Below, piece by piece: positions 39,618 to 49,786 of a stretch of DNA of 64,000 nucleotides. Every line of letters begins with the position of its first letter. Positions within the stretch are counted from its first letter, which is position 1. Source of the stretch: Desulfobulbus sp. (GTDB lineage: Bacteria; Desulfobacterota; Desulfobulbia; Desulfobulbales; Desulfobulbaceae); assembly GCF_031280615.1 (NCBI RefSeq), contig NZ_JAITGO010000001.1; one strand, 5' to 3'. The translations under genes were made by a program, and so were the position numbers. The notes under the pieces are model-generated. The model was not told where the DNA came from. It saw only the letters and a list, made by a program, of their open reading frames with translations, and did not search any database.

Positions 39618-40892
39618 ATGAGCGCTTCCTGGTACATCAAGAACGGCCGGATTATCGACCCGGCCAACGATATCGACCGAATCGCCGACCTGCTGGTGAT
39701 CGACGGCCGGATTGTCGGGACGGACCAGCCCGCCCCGGCCGATGTGCCGGAAATCGACGCCCATGGATTGTGGGTGGTGCCGGGCCTGATCGACATGCAT
39801 GTGCACCTGCGCGAGCCGGGCGAGGAGTACAAGGAGGATATTGTCTCGGGTGCGCGGGCGGCAGCGGCGGGTGGGTTCACCGGCGTGGCCTGCATGCCTA
39901 ACACCCGCCCGGTCAACGATTGCGCCGCAGTGACGGCCATGATCGTGGCCAGGGCGGCCGAAGCGGCGGTCCGGGTTTACCCGGTGGGAGCGATCAGCCT
40001 GGGCTGCGAGGGCAAGCGGTTGGCGGAGTTCGGCGAGATGCGACATGCCGGGATTGTGGCGGTGAGCGATGACGGCCGGCCGGTGCGTGACAGCCAGCTG
40101 ATGCGCCGCGCCTTGGAGTATGCCTCGGATTTCGGGCTGCCGGTGATTTCCCACAGCGAGGAGGCCGCACTCAGCACCGGAGTGATGCACGAAGGGCCGG
40201 TGTCGACCCGGCTCGGCCTCAAGGGCATTCCCGCCGCGGCCGAAGCGATCATGGTATACCGGGAGATCGCCCTGGCCGAACTCACCGGTGCGCGGGTGCA
40301 TATCGCCCATGTCAGCACGGCCATGGCCATTGAACTCATCCGGGCGGCCAAGGGCCGAGGGGTGCGTGTGAGTGCCGAAACCGCACCGCACTACTTCACC
40401 CTGACCGACGAGGCGGTGCTGGGCTACGACACCAACACCAAGATGAACCCTCCGCTGCGTTCCGCCTCGGACCGAGAGGCGATCCGTCAAGCCCTGGCCG
40501 ATGGCACCCTCGATGCCATCGCCACCGACCACGCTCCCCATTCCATCCTGGAAAAAGAGGTGGAATTCGATTGGGCCGCCAACGGCATCATCGGCCTGGA
40601 AACCGCCCTGCCGCTCACCCTGGCTCTGGTGCGCGACCGGGTCATCGCCGAACGGCGACTGGTGGAGTTGCTTGCAACCGCACCGGCGTCCATCCTGGGC
40701 CTGGCAAGCGGCACGCTCAGCCCCGGCGCGGCGGCGGATATCACCGTGATCGATCCGCAGCGGCAATTCGTCTACGCAGCCGACCAGGTCGTCTCCAAGA
40801 GCCGCAACTCCCCATTTCTCGACCAGTCTCTCCAGGGCAGGGCCGTCCTCACCATGGTCGACGGCACCATCCGCCACAGTCTTTTGGTCTGA
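39618..40892 (+). CDS. pyrC: dihydroorotase (multifunctional-complex type)
   Basis: [13 protein letters not shown]...ATDHAPH. Confidence 0.9.
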   Translation: MSASWYIKNGRIIDPANDIDRIADLLVIDGRIVGTDQPAPADVPEIDAHGLWVVPGLIDMHVHLREPGEEYKEDIVSGARAAAAGGFTGVACMPNTRPVNDCAAVTAMIVARAAEAAVRVYPVGAISLGCEGKRLAEFGEMRHAGIVAVSDDGRPVRDSQLMRRALEYASDFGLPVISHSEEAALSTGVMHEGPVSTRLGLKGIPAAAEAIMVYREIALAELTGARVHIAHVSTAMAIELIRAAKGRGVRVSAETAPHYFTLTDEAVLGYDTNTKMNPPLRSASDREAIRQALADGTLDAIATDHAPHSILEKEVEFDWAANGIIGLETALPLTLALVRDRVIAERRLVELLATAPASILGLASGTLSPGAAADITVIDPQRQFVYAADQVVSKSRNSPFLDQSLQGRAVLTMVDGTIRHSLLV

Positions 40893-40921
40893 ACGGCCCG
40901 CTCCTTAAAGTATTTTTACCA

Positions 40922-41611
40922 TCACCGGGCGGCGTACGGAACCGGATCGGCCAGTCCGGCCTCGCGGAACCCCTGCAGCCGCAACCGACAGGCGTCGCAC
41001 CGGCCGCAGGCCCGGTCGCCGACCGGATCGTAGCAGCTGTGGGTCAGGCTGTAATCCACGCCCAGTTCCGTTCCTTTGAGAATGATCTCCTTCTTGCTCA
41101 GCCGGATGAGCGGCGCGTGAAAGCGGAATGGGGTGCCGGCGGCTCCGGCCTTGGTGCCCAGGGCGGCCATTTGGGCGAAGGCATCGAGAAATTCGGGCCG
41201 GCAATCCGGATAGCCGCTGTAGTCGATGGCGTTGATCCCCAGGAAGATATCGGGCGCGCCCAGGACCTCGGCCCAGGAAAGGGCATGGGCCAGGAAGATG
41301 ATATTGCGTCCGGGCACGTAGGTGACCGGGACGCTCTGCTCTATGTCGGCCAGGGGGCGGTCCTTGGGTACTTCGATGGCAGCGGTCAGGGCTGAGCCGC
41401 CGATGGCGTCGAGATCGACTCGCAGCACAAGGTGCCGGACCGCATCGAAATGACGGGCAACGGTCCGGGCCCGTTCCAGTTCGACTGCCTGGCGCTGGCC
41501 GTAGTCGAAGCTGAGGCAGTTGCAGGCAAATCCCTGGGAGCGGGCAATGGCCAGAACCGTGGTCGAGTCGAGCCCTCCACTGAGCAGTACCACCGCTTGC
41601 TGTGCGTTCAT
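40922..41611 (-). CDS. queC: 7-cyano-7-deazaguanine synthase
   Basis: [13 protein letters not shown]...YVPGRN...[10 protein letters not shown] (zinc motif). Start taken at MNAQQ. Confidence 0.9.
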   Translation of the reverse strand: MNAQQAVVLLSGGLDSTTVLAIARSQGFACNCLSFDYGQRQAVELERARTVARHFDAVRHLVLRVDLDAIGGSALTAAIEVPKDRPLADIEQSVPVTYVPGRNIIFLAHALSWAEVLGAPDIFLGINAIDYSGYPDCRPEFLDAFAQMAALGTKAGAAGTPFRFHAPLIRLSKKEIILKGTELGVDYSLTHSCYDPVGDRACGRCDACRLRLQGFREAGLADPVPYAAR

Positions 41612-42327
41612 AGGCAATCCGTTGAATATCCCGCAGGATAAAAGGGTATTTTTTCGCGAATCGTGACCGCCTGCGGGCAGACCTCCGCCCGGTAGGCGAG
41701 AAAACTGACTCCCCGGTCGGCGGCCCAGGCCACGGTATCGGCATACACCGGGTCGATGGCGGATGCCGGCGCGCAGCGGGCGGCATCGCTTCTCTGGATG
41801 CAGAATAGCACCGCCGCGCCGTAGCCGTCGGCCGCCAGCTGGACCAGCTCGCGTAGGTGCTTGGTGCCGCGCTCCGTGACCGCATCGGGAAACAGGGCCA
41901 CCCCGTTTTCCGCCAGGGAACAATTCTTGACTTCCAGATAGACCGTGCCGGACGCGGTTTCAAGACGGAAATCCAATCGGCTGCCGGCTGAGACCTTCAC
42001 CTCCGGGGTGATTGAGCGCAGGGCGCCGAAATCGTCGATCACCCCGTTTTCCAACGCTTCACGGACCAGATGGTTGGTCCGCCCGGTATGGACCCCGATC
42101 CAGATGCCGCTCTCCTGAATCATCTCCAGGGTCCAGGGATATTTTCTTTGCAAGTTGTCGGAACGGCTGATCAGTACCGGGCTTCCCGGGGTCGCGCAGC
42201 CGCGCATGGAACCCGAATTGGGACAGTGGACGGTCAGGGTTTGTCCGTCGGCCAAAAGGACGTCGGCAAGAAACCGTTTGTACCGTCGCAACAGGGTGCC
42301 TGTCCGGCAGTCGGTCGGCAGGAGCAT
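41608..42327 (-). CDS. sfsA: sugar fermentation stimulation protein A family nuclease-like protein
   Basis: [14 protein letters not shown]...VHCPNSGSM... Confidence 0.85.
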   Translation of the reverse strand: MLLPTDCRTGTLLRRYKRFLADVLLADGQTLTVHCPNSGSMRGCATPGSPVLISRSDNLQRKYPWTLEMIQESGIWIGVHTGRTNHLVREALENGVIDDFGALRSITPEVKVSAGSRLDFRLETASGTVYLEVKNCSLAENGVALFPDAVTERGTKHLRELVQLAADGYGAAVLFCIQRSDAARCAPASAIDPVYADTVAWAADRGVSFLAYRAEVCPQAVTIREKIPFYPAGYSTDCL

Positions 42328-42611
42328 GGTGGCGTCAGTGTCGGAAAAACGAGGCCGACCGGGGGGCCGCGCTGGAATTTCTTACGCAAATCATGTATTT
42401 TTCGACGAGGATATGGTATCGAGTAACAATCGGCGCAGGCGCGGTGTCCCCGGACAGCAACCGCCGGACACGCCTCTGGTTTTCTGCTTTCGATGTATGG
42501 GCAACGGCGGCGGGCATGTCCGCCTGCCTGCCCATTCAAACGTGCAAGATCTTATCTTTCCGGCATATAACAATTTCTTTCTCATAATCCAACCGCAAAG
42601 GAGCATCCTCT

Positions 42612-43832
42612 ATGAAACTCGGGCTCAATGGTCTTGGACGAATCGGCAAGCTGACCTTATGGAACCAGCTCTCCCGGCAATATTTTTCGGAGATCGTCGT
42701 CAACCTCGGCCGGAATGTCGGCGGCGGGCTTGAGGACATCGCCGCGGCCATCGAAAAAGATTCCACCTACGGGCGGCTCAGCATGTACCTCCACGGGTTC
42801 AAGGGCGGCCGGGTGATCGAGAATCTCGACGAGCAAAAAGGCACGATGACCATCAACGGCATACCGGTGACCTTCCTGCGCAAGGCGCGTAATCCCAAGG
42901 ATATCGAGTGGAAGGCCAACCAGGTGCGGCTGGTGGTCGATTCGACCGGCGTCTTCAAGGATCCCACCGCCGATCCCAACGAGGGCAGGGGCTCGGCGCG
43001 CGGCCATCTCCTGGCCGGGGCGGAAAAGGTCATGGTTTCCGCGCCATTCAAGATCCAGGCCAAAGGGCTCGACATGCCCGAGGACGCGGTGACGACGGTG
43101 ATGGGCATCAACGACGACGATTACGATCCGTCCCGGCACAACATTATTTCCGCCGCATCGTGCACCACCACCTGTCTGTCCTACATGATCAAGCCGTTGC
43201 TCGACCACTTCGGCGCCAGCCGGATGCTGTCGGCTTCCATGGTCACGGTGCACGCGGCCACCGGCTCCCAGGAGGTGCTGGATCGCCTGCCCGCCGCAGG
43301 GGCCTCGGACCTGCGCAAAAACAGATCGATCCTCAATAATATCATCCTGACCACCACCGGCGCCGCCAAGGCCCTGGGGCTGGTCATTCCCGAGATGAAG
43401 GGCATCGGCTTCATCGCCGAATCGGTGCGCATCCCGACCTCTTCCGGATCGCTGATCGTTTTGGTGCTCAACCTCCAGGACGAACTTGAAAATCCGATCA
43501 AGCGCGGCCTGTTGAACTCGATCTACGAGGAGTACTCCAAGACCAGCCCCTTTCTGGTTTTTTCCAAGGAACAAAACGTGTCGTCCGATATCATCGGCAT
43601 GCCTAGGGCGGCGGTGGTGATCGAGTCCACCGAGATCCACACCCGGACGGCCGCCATCAAGGTCAATCTGCAGAACCTGAAGAATTTCAAATGCGAGACC
43701 GGCGGCACCCCGCCCATTCTGGAGGTGCCGCTGACCCAGGCCGTCATCTACGGCTGGTATGACAACGAATTGGGCAGCTACACCAACATGCTCGCCGAAT
43801 TGACCGTTTCGGTGGCCGAACGGATGGTGTGA
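42612..43832 (+). CDS. gap: glyceraldehyde-3-phosphate dehydrogenase, divergent long form (406 aa)
   Basis: LNGLGRIGK, SAASCTTTCL (catalytic Cys), VTVHAATGSQ, TTTGAAKA. Several insertions relative to the ~335-aa canonical enzyme. Confidence 0.8.
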   Translation: MKLGLNGLGRIGKLTLWNQLSRQYFSEIVVNLGRNVGGGLEDIAAAIEKDSTYGRLSMYLHGFKGGRVIENLDEQKGTMTINGIPVTFLRKARNPKDIEWKANQVRLVVDSTGVFKDPTADPNEGRGSARGHLLAGAEKVMVSAPFKIQAKGLDMPEDAVTTVMGINDDDYDPSRHNIISAASCTTTCLSYMIKPLLDHFGASRMLSASMVTVHAATGSQEVLDRLPAAGASDLRKNRSILNNIILTTTGAAKALGLVIPEMKGIGFIAESVRIPTSSGSLIVLVLNLQDELENPIKRGLLNSIYEEYSKTSPFLVFSKEQNVSSDIIGMPRAAVVIESTEIHTRTAAIKVNLQNLKNFKCETGGTPPILEVPLTQAVIYGWYDNELGSYTNMLAELTVSVAERMV

Positions 43833-44305
43833 TCGTCCGGCCGTTGGCCCCCGAGGATCTGGCCCGGATCGAGCGGATCGAGCAAGGGGCCATGCCGTCG
43901 CCCTGGAGTGAGGCGGCGCTGCGGGAGGAAATCGGGGCGGCTAACGGTTTTGCCCTGGTGGCGGCATGCGGGGAGACGGTGTGCGGCTACGCCTTTTTCC
44001 GAACCGTCCTGCCGGAGAGCGAACTCCTGCACCTGGTGGTTGCCCCGGAATGGCGACGACGACAGGTGGCCACAACGCTGCTGAGGCGGGCCATGGCCGG
44101 GTTGGCAGCCCAGGGCTGCACCGTCTGTTTCCTTGAGGTGCGGGCGTCGAATGCCGCGGCCCTGCGGCTCTACGCCAGCACCGGTTTCATCCGGATAGGG
44201 ACGCGCAAACATTATTACAGCCAGCCGGTCGAGGATGCCCTGTTGTTGACCAGGGACATTATGCCGGCAGGGGAGGAGCGAAATGAAGACATTGCGGGAT
44301 GTTGA
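43829..44305 (+). CDS. rimI: ribosomal-protein-alanine N-acetyltransferase-like GNAT
   Basis: 158 aa; LHLVVAPEWRRRQVATTLL...FLEVRASNAAALRLYASTGF...YY. GTG start overlaps the gap stop. Confidence 0.7.
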   Translation: MIVRPLAPEDLARIERIEQGAMPSPWSEAALREEIGAANGFALVAACGETVCGYAFFRTVLPESELLHLVVAPEWRRRQVATTLLRRAMAGLAAQGCTVCFLEVRASNAAALRLYASTGFIRIGTRKHYYSQPVEDALLLTRDIMPAGEERNEDIAGC

Positions 44306-45458
44306 ACTGGCGGGCAAGAAGGTGCTGGTGCGGGTCGATTTCAATGTGCCCATGAACGATGCCGGCGAGATTACCGACGATCTGCGCATCCGCACCGTGT
44401 TGCCGACCCTTCGGTATTTATTGGAGCACAAGGCCCGGGTGATTGTCTGCACCCACATGGGGCGGCCAAAGGGACAACGGGTGGAGAAATACTCCCTGGC
44501 ACCGGTGGCGGCACACCTGGCACGGCTGTTGGAATGCCCGGTGCCGTTGGCCGGCGACTGCATCGGGGCGATGGCGGGGGAAGCGGTCGCACGGCTCAAG
44601 GACGGCGACATCCTCATGCTGGAAAACCTGCGCTTCTATGCCCAGGAAGAGAAAAACGATCCCGATTTTTCCCGTCAGCTGGCCGCGCTCGCCGATGTAT
44701 ACGTCAACGACGCCTTTGCCGTGTCGCACCGCGCCCATGCCTCCGTGGTCGGGGTCACCGAGTATGTCAAGGAAAAGGCGGCCGGTTTTCTCCTCCAGCA
44801 GGAAATGGAATATTTCCACCGTTCGATCGACAATCCCCAGCGGCCGCTGGTGGCCATTGTCGGCGGCGCCAAGGTGTCCGGCAAGCTCGAGGCCCTGCGC
44901 AACATGCTGGAACGGGTCGACAAGATGATCATAGGCGGGGCCATGGCCAACACCTTCCTCAAGAGTCAGGGGCATGGCGTGGGCGCTTCCAAGGTCGAGG
45001 ACGACCTGCTCGATACCGCCACCGAATTACTGCGCCGCGCCAAGGAGCGGGGCGTTAAGATATACCTGCCGGTGGATGTGATTGCGGCCGACCGTTTTGC
45101 CCCGGATGCGATTTGCAAACAGGTGACGATTCAGGATATTCCGGAGAGCTGGATGGCGCTGGATATCGGTCCGGCCTCGGTCATCTGTTTCAACGAGGTG
45201 CTGGCCGACGCCAAGACCATCGTCTGGAACGGTCCCATGGGCGCTTTCGAAATGGCCGCCTTTGCCCGTGGCACCATGGCTCTGGCGCACACGGTCGCGG
45301 CCTCGCACGCCTTGAGCGTCACCGGCGGCGGCGATTCCAATGCCGCCATCAATCAATCCGGCGAAGCGGCCAATATTTCCTACATGTCAACGGGCGGCGG
45401 CGCCTTTCTCGAACTGATGGAAGGCAAGGAGCTGCCGGGCATCAAGGCTCTGGCGTAA
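44283..45458 (+). CDS. pgk: phosphoglycerate kinase
   Basis: KKVLVRVDFNVP...HMGRPKG...GGGAF... Confidence 0.95.
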   Translation: MKTLRDVELAGKKVLVRVDFNVPMNDAGEITDDLRIRTVLPTLRYLLEHKARVIVCTHMGRPKGQRVEKYSLAPVAAHLARLLECPVPLAGDCIGAMAGEAVARLKDGDILMLENLRFYAQEEKNDPDFSRQLAALADVYVNDAFAVSHRAHASVVGVTEYVKEKAAGFLLQQEMEYFHRSIDNPQRPLVAIVGGAKVSGKLEALRNMLERVDKMIIGGAMANTFLKSQGHGVGASKVEDDLLDTATELLRRAKERGVKIYLPVDVIAADRFAPDAICKQVTIQDIPESWMALDIGPASVICFNEVLADAKTIVWNGPMGAFEMAAFARGTMALAHTVAASHALSVTGGGDSNAAINQSGEAANISYMSTGGGAFLELMEGKELPGIKALA

Positions 45459-45535
45459 AGGCCGGAGTGCCCGAGCGTTTGTCTGCGCCCCACATCGATC
45501 CTCTCTTCGATTATCTTTTGCTGCAGGAGCTTGCC

Positions 45536-46291
45536 ATGAACAGACGTCCGTTGATTGCCGGCAATTGGAAAATGCATCTGACCGTCGCCGAGGCCGTGCG
45601 GCTTGCCCAGGCAGCCGCCGCAGCCAGTAGCGCCTGCCCGGATCGCGATGTCATGGTGGCTCCCGCCTTTACCGCCCTAGCCAAGGTTTGCGAAGCGGTC
45701 GGAGATACGCCGCTGCAGGTTGCCGCCCAAAACGTTGCCTGGGACAAAGAGGGCGCCTATACCGGTGAAATTTCGGCGCTCATGCTAGCCGACCTCGGCG
45801 TTCGCCTGGCCATTGTCGGGCATTCCGAACGCCGGCAGATTTTCGGCGAGAACGATGCAATGATCAATCGTCGCCTGCTCGGGGCGCTGATCGGCGGCCT
45901 TCAACCGGTGTTCTGCGTCGGCGAAACCCTGGAAGAGCGGGAGGCGAACCGCACCTTTTCCGTGCTGGAGCAACAGATGCGGCAGGGCTTGCAAGGGGTG
46001 GCAAAAGAAGAGATGCGCCGGCTCGTTCTTGCCTACGAACCGGTCTGGGCCATCGGCACCGGCAAGACGGCCACCAAAGAGCAGGCTCAGGAGGTTCATG
46101 CCTTCCTGCGGCAATTCCTGGCGGGAGCATACGAGAAAAATATTGCCGATGCCGTACGGATACTGTATGGTGGCTCGGTTAAACCAGAGAATATTGACAG
46201 TCTGATGGCGCAACCGGATATCGACGGGGCGCTGGTCGGCGGCGCGGCCCTGAACGCCGAATCTTTTGACAGGATCATCCGTTTTCAATGA
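45536..46291 (+). CDS. tpiA: triose-phosphate isomerase
   Basis: IAGNWKMH...VGHSERR...AYEPVWAIGTG...YGGSV. Confidence 0.9.
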   Translation: MNRRPLIAGNWKMHLTVAEAVRLAQAAAAASSACPDRDVMVAPAFTALAKVCEAVGDTPLQVAAQNVAWDKEGAYTGEISALMLADLGVRLAIVGHSERRQIFGENDAMINRRLLGALIGGLQPVFCVGETLEEREANRTFSVLEQQMRQGLQGVAKEEMRRLVLAYEPVWAIGTGKTATKEQAQEVHAFLRQFLAGAYEKNIADAVRILYGGSVKPENIDSLMAQPDIDGALVGGAALNAESFDRIIRFQ

Positions 46292-46665
46292 CAACTCTAC
46301 TGATCGTTGTTCATACCATTGTCTGCCTGTTTCTGATCTGCATCGTTTTGTTGCAGCACGGCAAGGGTGCGGATATCGGTGCAACGTTCGGCGGATCGAG
46401 CCAATCGCTGTTCGGCACCGAAGGCCCCCTCCCCTTGTTGAATAAAATCACGACGTTTGCCGCGATTGTCTTCATGGGGACATCGATTAGCTTGGCCTAC
46501 CTTTCCGCCCATAAGAGTTCGGGGACGATCATGAAAGACCTGAAGGTGCAGGAAGAGCAGGCCCCGGCCCAGCAGCAGGCGCCGATCACCGTGCCGATGC
46601 CCGCTGCTCCGCAGACAACGAATGAGGTTCCGAAGGGGACCGGAGAGCAGCCTGCGAAACAATAA
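46288..46665 (+). CDS. secG: preprotein translocase subunit SecG
   Basis: LLQHGKGADIGATFGGSSQSLFG plus a second TM helix; ATGA overlap with tpiA. Confidence 0.85.
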   Translation: MTTLLIVVHTIVCLFLICIVLLQHGKGADIGATFGGSSQSLFGTEGPLPLLNKITTFAAIVFMGTSISLAYLSAHKSSGTIMKDLKVQEEQAPAQQQAPITVPMPAAPQTTNEVPKGTGEQPAKQ

Positions 46666-46675
46666 GGAATATGTT

Positions 46676-46761
46676 GCCGAAGTGGTGGAATTGGTAGACA
46701 CACTATCTTGAGGGGGTAGCGGCCCACGGCCATGCGAGTTCGAGTCTCGCCTTCGGCACCA
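46676..46761 (+). tRNA. tRNA-Leu (anticodon GAG), long variable arm
   Basis: GCCGAAGTGGTGGAATTGGTAGACAC-ACTATC TTGAGGG GGTAG-variable arm-GCGAGTTCGAGTCTCGC-CTTCGGCACCA. Confidence 0.9.
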
Positions 46762-46773
46762 TGTGCTTTCTAG

Positions 46774-46818
46774 ACGGGCCGGAACACTGAGAATAATCAG
46801 TGTTCCGGCCCGTTTTTG
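46774..46818 (+). terminator. intrinsic terminator after secG/tRNA-Leu
   Basis: gggccggaacactga-gaataa-tcagtgttccggccc followed by gttttt. Confidence 0.65.
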
Positions 46819-46829
46819 TTTCTTGGTTC

Positions 46830-47423
46830 ATGGACGGACCCTCTTGTTTTGCCGCGGGCAGGGTAACCTGCGGACGGCTTTATGCCGCCGGCGAGAAGGT
46901 CGTGATCTTCTCCAACATGGACACCAACGACCAGGATGAATGGGGCCCGATCGTCGAGGCCTTGAGCTCCAGAGGCTACATGGCGCTGACTTACGCCTAT
47001 CCCTGTCAGGCGGACGACCAATCGGGTGTTCTCCATGATGCCGTGGCCTTCGTCCGCTCTGTCGGTGCTGAAAAGATTGTCCTTGTCGGTGCAAGCAGGG
47101 GTGGAGTGGCAACGGTGAAAGTCGCCACCGATAACCGGCCAGGGGACTGGCTTGCCGGCCTGGCCGCCATCTCGGCGCCCATCTCCTCTTATGGCGCCAC
47201 GTTCTACAGCGATGACGAACTCCGCCGGATACGGGTTCCCATGCTCCTCATCAATTCCGAGCGCGATATGTGCGTGGAAGGAACCTGTCGGATGCCCGAA
47301 ACCGTCGTCGCTCCCAAGGAATTGGTGCTCTATCCCGGAGAAAGCCACGGCACAGAAATCTTCAACGACAGCTGCGAGTCCCTGGTCGAAAAACTGGCGA
47401 TATTTGTCGAGCGCGTGCTGTAA
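46830..47423 (+). CDS. small alpha/beta hydrolase (dienelactone-hydrolase-like), possibly N-terminally shortened
   Basis: GASRGG nucleophile elbow, ...SERD..., ...GESHG. The ORF opens inside the preceding terminator, so I took the ATG at 46830. Confidence 0.5.
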   Translation: MDGPSCFAAGRVTCGRLYAAGEKVVIFSNMDTNDQDEWGPIVEALSSRGYMALTYAYPCQADDQSGVLHDAVAFVRSVGAEKIVLVGASRGGVATVKVATDNRPGDWLAGLAAISAPISSYGATFYSDDELRRIRVPMLLINSERDMCVEGTCRMPETVVAPKELVLYPGESHGTEIFNDSCESLVEKLAIFVERVL

Positions 47424-47782
47424 GTCCAAGAGAAAGGTTACTCTGCTTCCCGGCCGTGTCCGGCGCAAGATCCTGGCGGCCGTGCTCGAGCAGGACACCT
47501 CACCTCGATCCGTTGGACCCTTCACGCACCTGAAAGAGGAAAACACCGGCATCCTCTTTATCCCATCTCCGTGGCTGATCATGGCGAAATGTGTGCCGAC
47601 GGTCCTTATTCGCCTGCGCCCGTCAAATTGATTTGCCGAGATGCAAAAAAAGAGTTCCCTGGTCAACTCCCTTATAATATAGAAATTCCATCGACAGCAG
47701 TGCACACCTGCACTGCGAGTTGAGATCCCCTGCCACGACGACCCTGTTGTTTTCATCATCCTAACTCAGTAAGGAGCGAAAC

Positions 47783-49660
47783 ATGCGCCAGGCCGTTTGT
47801 ACCCTTGCTCTCATCCTGTCCCTTGCTCTTGCGGGTTGCGGAACCGCACCCCGGCCGAGCGTCGTCGATGCGGCTGGCGGCTCGCAGTCCTTCGAACTGA
47901 CCGTGCTGCACATCAACGACCACCATTCCCACCTCGATCCGGAGCAGGCCACCTTGCTGCTGGATACCGGACACGGCAAGCGCGAGCCGGTGAACGTCGA
48001 ACGAGGCGGCTTTGCCAGGGTGGCCGGCGCGATCAAGGCCTTGGAAAAGGAGCCCGCCCAGGTGCTCAAAATCCACAGCGGCGATGCTAGCACCGGCGAT
48101 CTCTACTTCACTCTCGCCGAGGGCAAGGCCGATGCCGACCTGATGGAGACGGTCTGCTTCGATACCTTCACCCTGGGCAATCACGAATTCGACAACGCCG
48201 ACGCCGGCATCAAGAAAATGATCGGCTTCCTGCGTGCGGGCAAGTGCGCAACCCCGATTCTCAGCGCCAATGTTCGCTTCGGTCCCTCTTCGCCGATGCG
48301 TAACGCCGGCCCCGGCGAAGCGGTGGTCCCCTCGGTGGTGCTCGAGCGTGGCGGCCAGAAGATCGGCATCGTCGGGTTGACTGTGGCCGGCAAGACCAAG
48401 AATTCGTCCCGGCCTGATCCCGATACCGTATTGCTCGACGAGGCGACCGTGGCCCAGGCGGAGATCGACCGCCTCCGCAATCAAGGCATCAACAAGATCA
48501 TCCTGGCGACCCACATCGGCTACCAGGCCGACCAGGCCTTGGTCAAGAAGCTGAGCGGCGTCGATGTGGTGATCGGCGGCGATTCGCATTCGCTGCTCGG
48601 GCCGGAACAGCTCAAACGCTACGGTTTGACCCCCGAGGGCCCCTATCCGACCAGGAGTTCGGACCGGGACGGCAAGCCGGTATGCATCGCGCAGGCGTGG
48701 CAGTACGGCTACGTGGTCGGCGAGATGCGGGTGCGCTTCGACGCCAACGGCGAGGTCAGCGACTGTGCCGGCACCCCCTGGTTGCTGGTCGGCGACCAAT
48801 TCAGCCGTGGCGGCCAACCCTTGAACCCGGAGGAAGACGCTGCCGCACGCAAGGACATTGCCGCCAGTGGCGTGTTGCGAATCACCCCGCCGGATCCCCA
48901 GGCAGAGGCCTTGCTTGCCCCCTACGCCCAGCAAAAGGAAGCGATGGGTGCCACCAGGATCGCCACCGCTACCGACAACCTGTGCCTGCGGCGGGTGCCG
49001 GGCAGCAAGCGCGATCCCTCGCGTTCTTCCCTGGGCGATGCCTGCAATGCCAACGAACGGGTCAATGCCCATGGCGGCGATATGCAGCAATTGGTTGCCG
49101 AGGCGTTTTTGCAGCAAGGGCGGACTTTTTTCAATGCGGATCTGTCGCTGCTGAATGGCGGCGGAGTGCGAATCGACCTGCGCAAGGGGCCGGTCACGGT
49201 CAAGGATGTGTACACGGTCCTGCCGTTCAAGAACACCCTGGTGCAGCTCAACGCTACCGGCGCCGAGATCAAAGCGGCCCTGGAGGACGCGGTGGAAGGA
49301 GTGGCCGGGCCGGCGGGCAACACCGGCTGCTATCCCTATGCCGGCGGCCTGCGCTGGCAGGTCGATCTGACCAAGCCCATGGGAGCGCGATTCTCCCATC
49401 TGGAAATCCGGGCCGCCGACGGCAGCTATCGGCCCCTTGACCCCAAGGCGACCTACAAGGTGATCACCATTTCCTTTCTTGCCGACGGCAACGATTCCTT
49501 CACCACCCTGAAAAGCATCGTCGGCGAGCGGCGGGTCGAGGTGGGGCTCGATTACGCCGAGGCGTTCCTCCGCTACATCGAAAAGCTGCCGGGCGGGCAA
49601 AAAGAGCTGCGGCCCCTGCCGGTGAAGGAGTACAGCACCCAGCGGTTCATCGATCGATGA
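47783..49660 (+). CDS. bifunctional metallophosphatase / 5'-nucleotidase lipoprotein (UshA-like)
   Basis: Lipobox LALAGCG; HINDHHSHL, SGDASTGD, GNHEFD; C-terminal 5'-nucleotidase domain. Confidence 0.85.
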   Translation: MRQAVCTLALILSLALAGCGTAPRPSVVDAAGGSQSFELTVLHINDHHSHLDPEQATLLLDTGHGKREPVNVERGGFARVAGAIKALEKEPAQVLKIHSGDASTGDLYFTLAEGKADADLMETVCFDTFTLGNHEFDNADAGIKKMIGFLRAGKCATPILSANVRFGPSSPMRNAGPGEAVVPSVVLERGGQKIGIVGLTVAGKTKNSSRPDPDTVLLDEATVAQAEIDRLRNQGINKIILATHIGYQADQALVKKLSGVDVVIGGDSHSLLGPEQLKRYGLTPEGPYPTRSSDRDGKPVCIAQAWQYGYVVGEMRVRFDANGEVSDCAGTPWLLVGDQFSRGGQPLNPEEDAAARKDIAASGVLRITPPDPQAEALLAPYAQQKEAMGATRIATATDNLCLRRVPGSKRDPSRSSLGDACNANERVNAHGGDMQQLVAEAFLQQGRTFFNADLSLLNGGGVRIDLRKGPVTVKDVYTVLPFKNTLVQLNATGAEIKAALEDAVEGVAGPAGNTGCYPYAGGLRWQVDLTKPMGARFSHLEIRAADGSYRPLDPKATYKVITISFLADGNDSFTTLKSIVGERRVEVGLDYAEAFLRYIEKLPGGQKELRPLPVKEYSTQRFIDR

Positions 49661-49786
49661 CGGCTGCCGCCGCCAGGTGGCGGTGTGGTTGATGGGGCGC
49701 GGCCCGGAGTGCGTCCGGGCGTTCGGGTCGCGGAGCTGTCGAAGCCGGAAACGGCGGGAGGGATGGCCTGCTACGGCAAGTTGAAA

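Noticed and set aside
47673-47716. TATAAT hexamer plus a perfect 8-bp hairpin (GCAGTGCA-CACC-TGCACTGC) upstream of the 5'-nucleotidase gene
   Set aside because: No acceptable -35 element lies at 16-18-nt spacing, so I do not call a promoter. The hairpin is real, but I cannot assign it a function.
47756-49600. 614-aa minus-strand ORF
   Set aside because: It is antisense to the 5'-nucleotidase lipoprotein gene, which carries metallophosphatase motifs. No motifs are present in the antisense translation.
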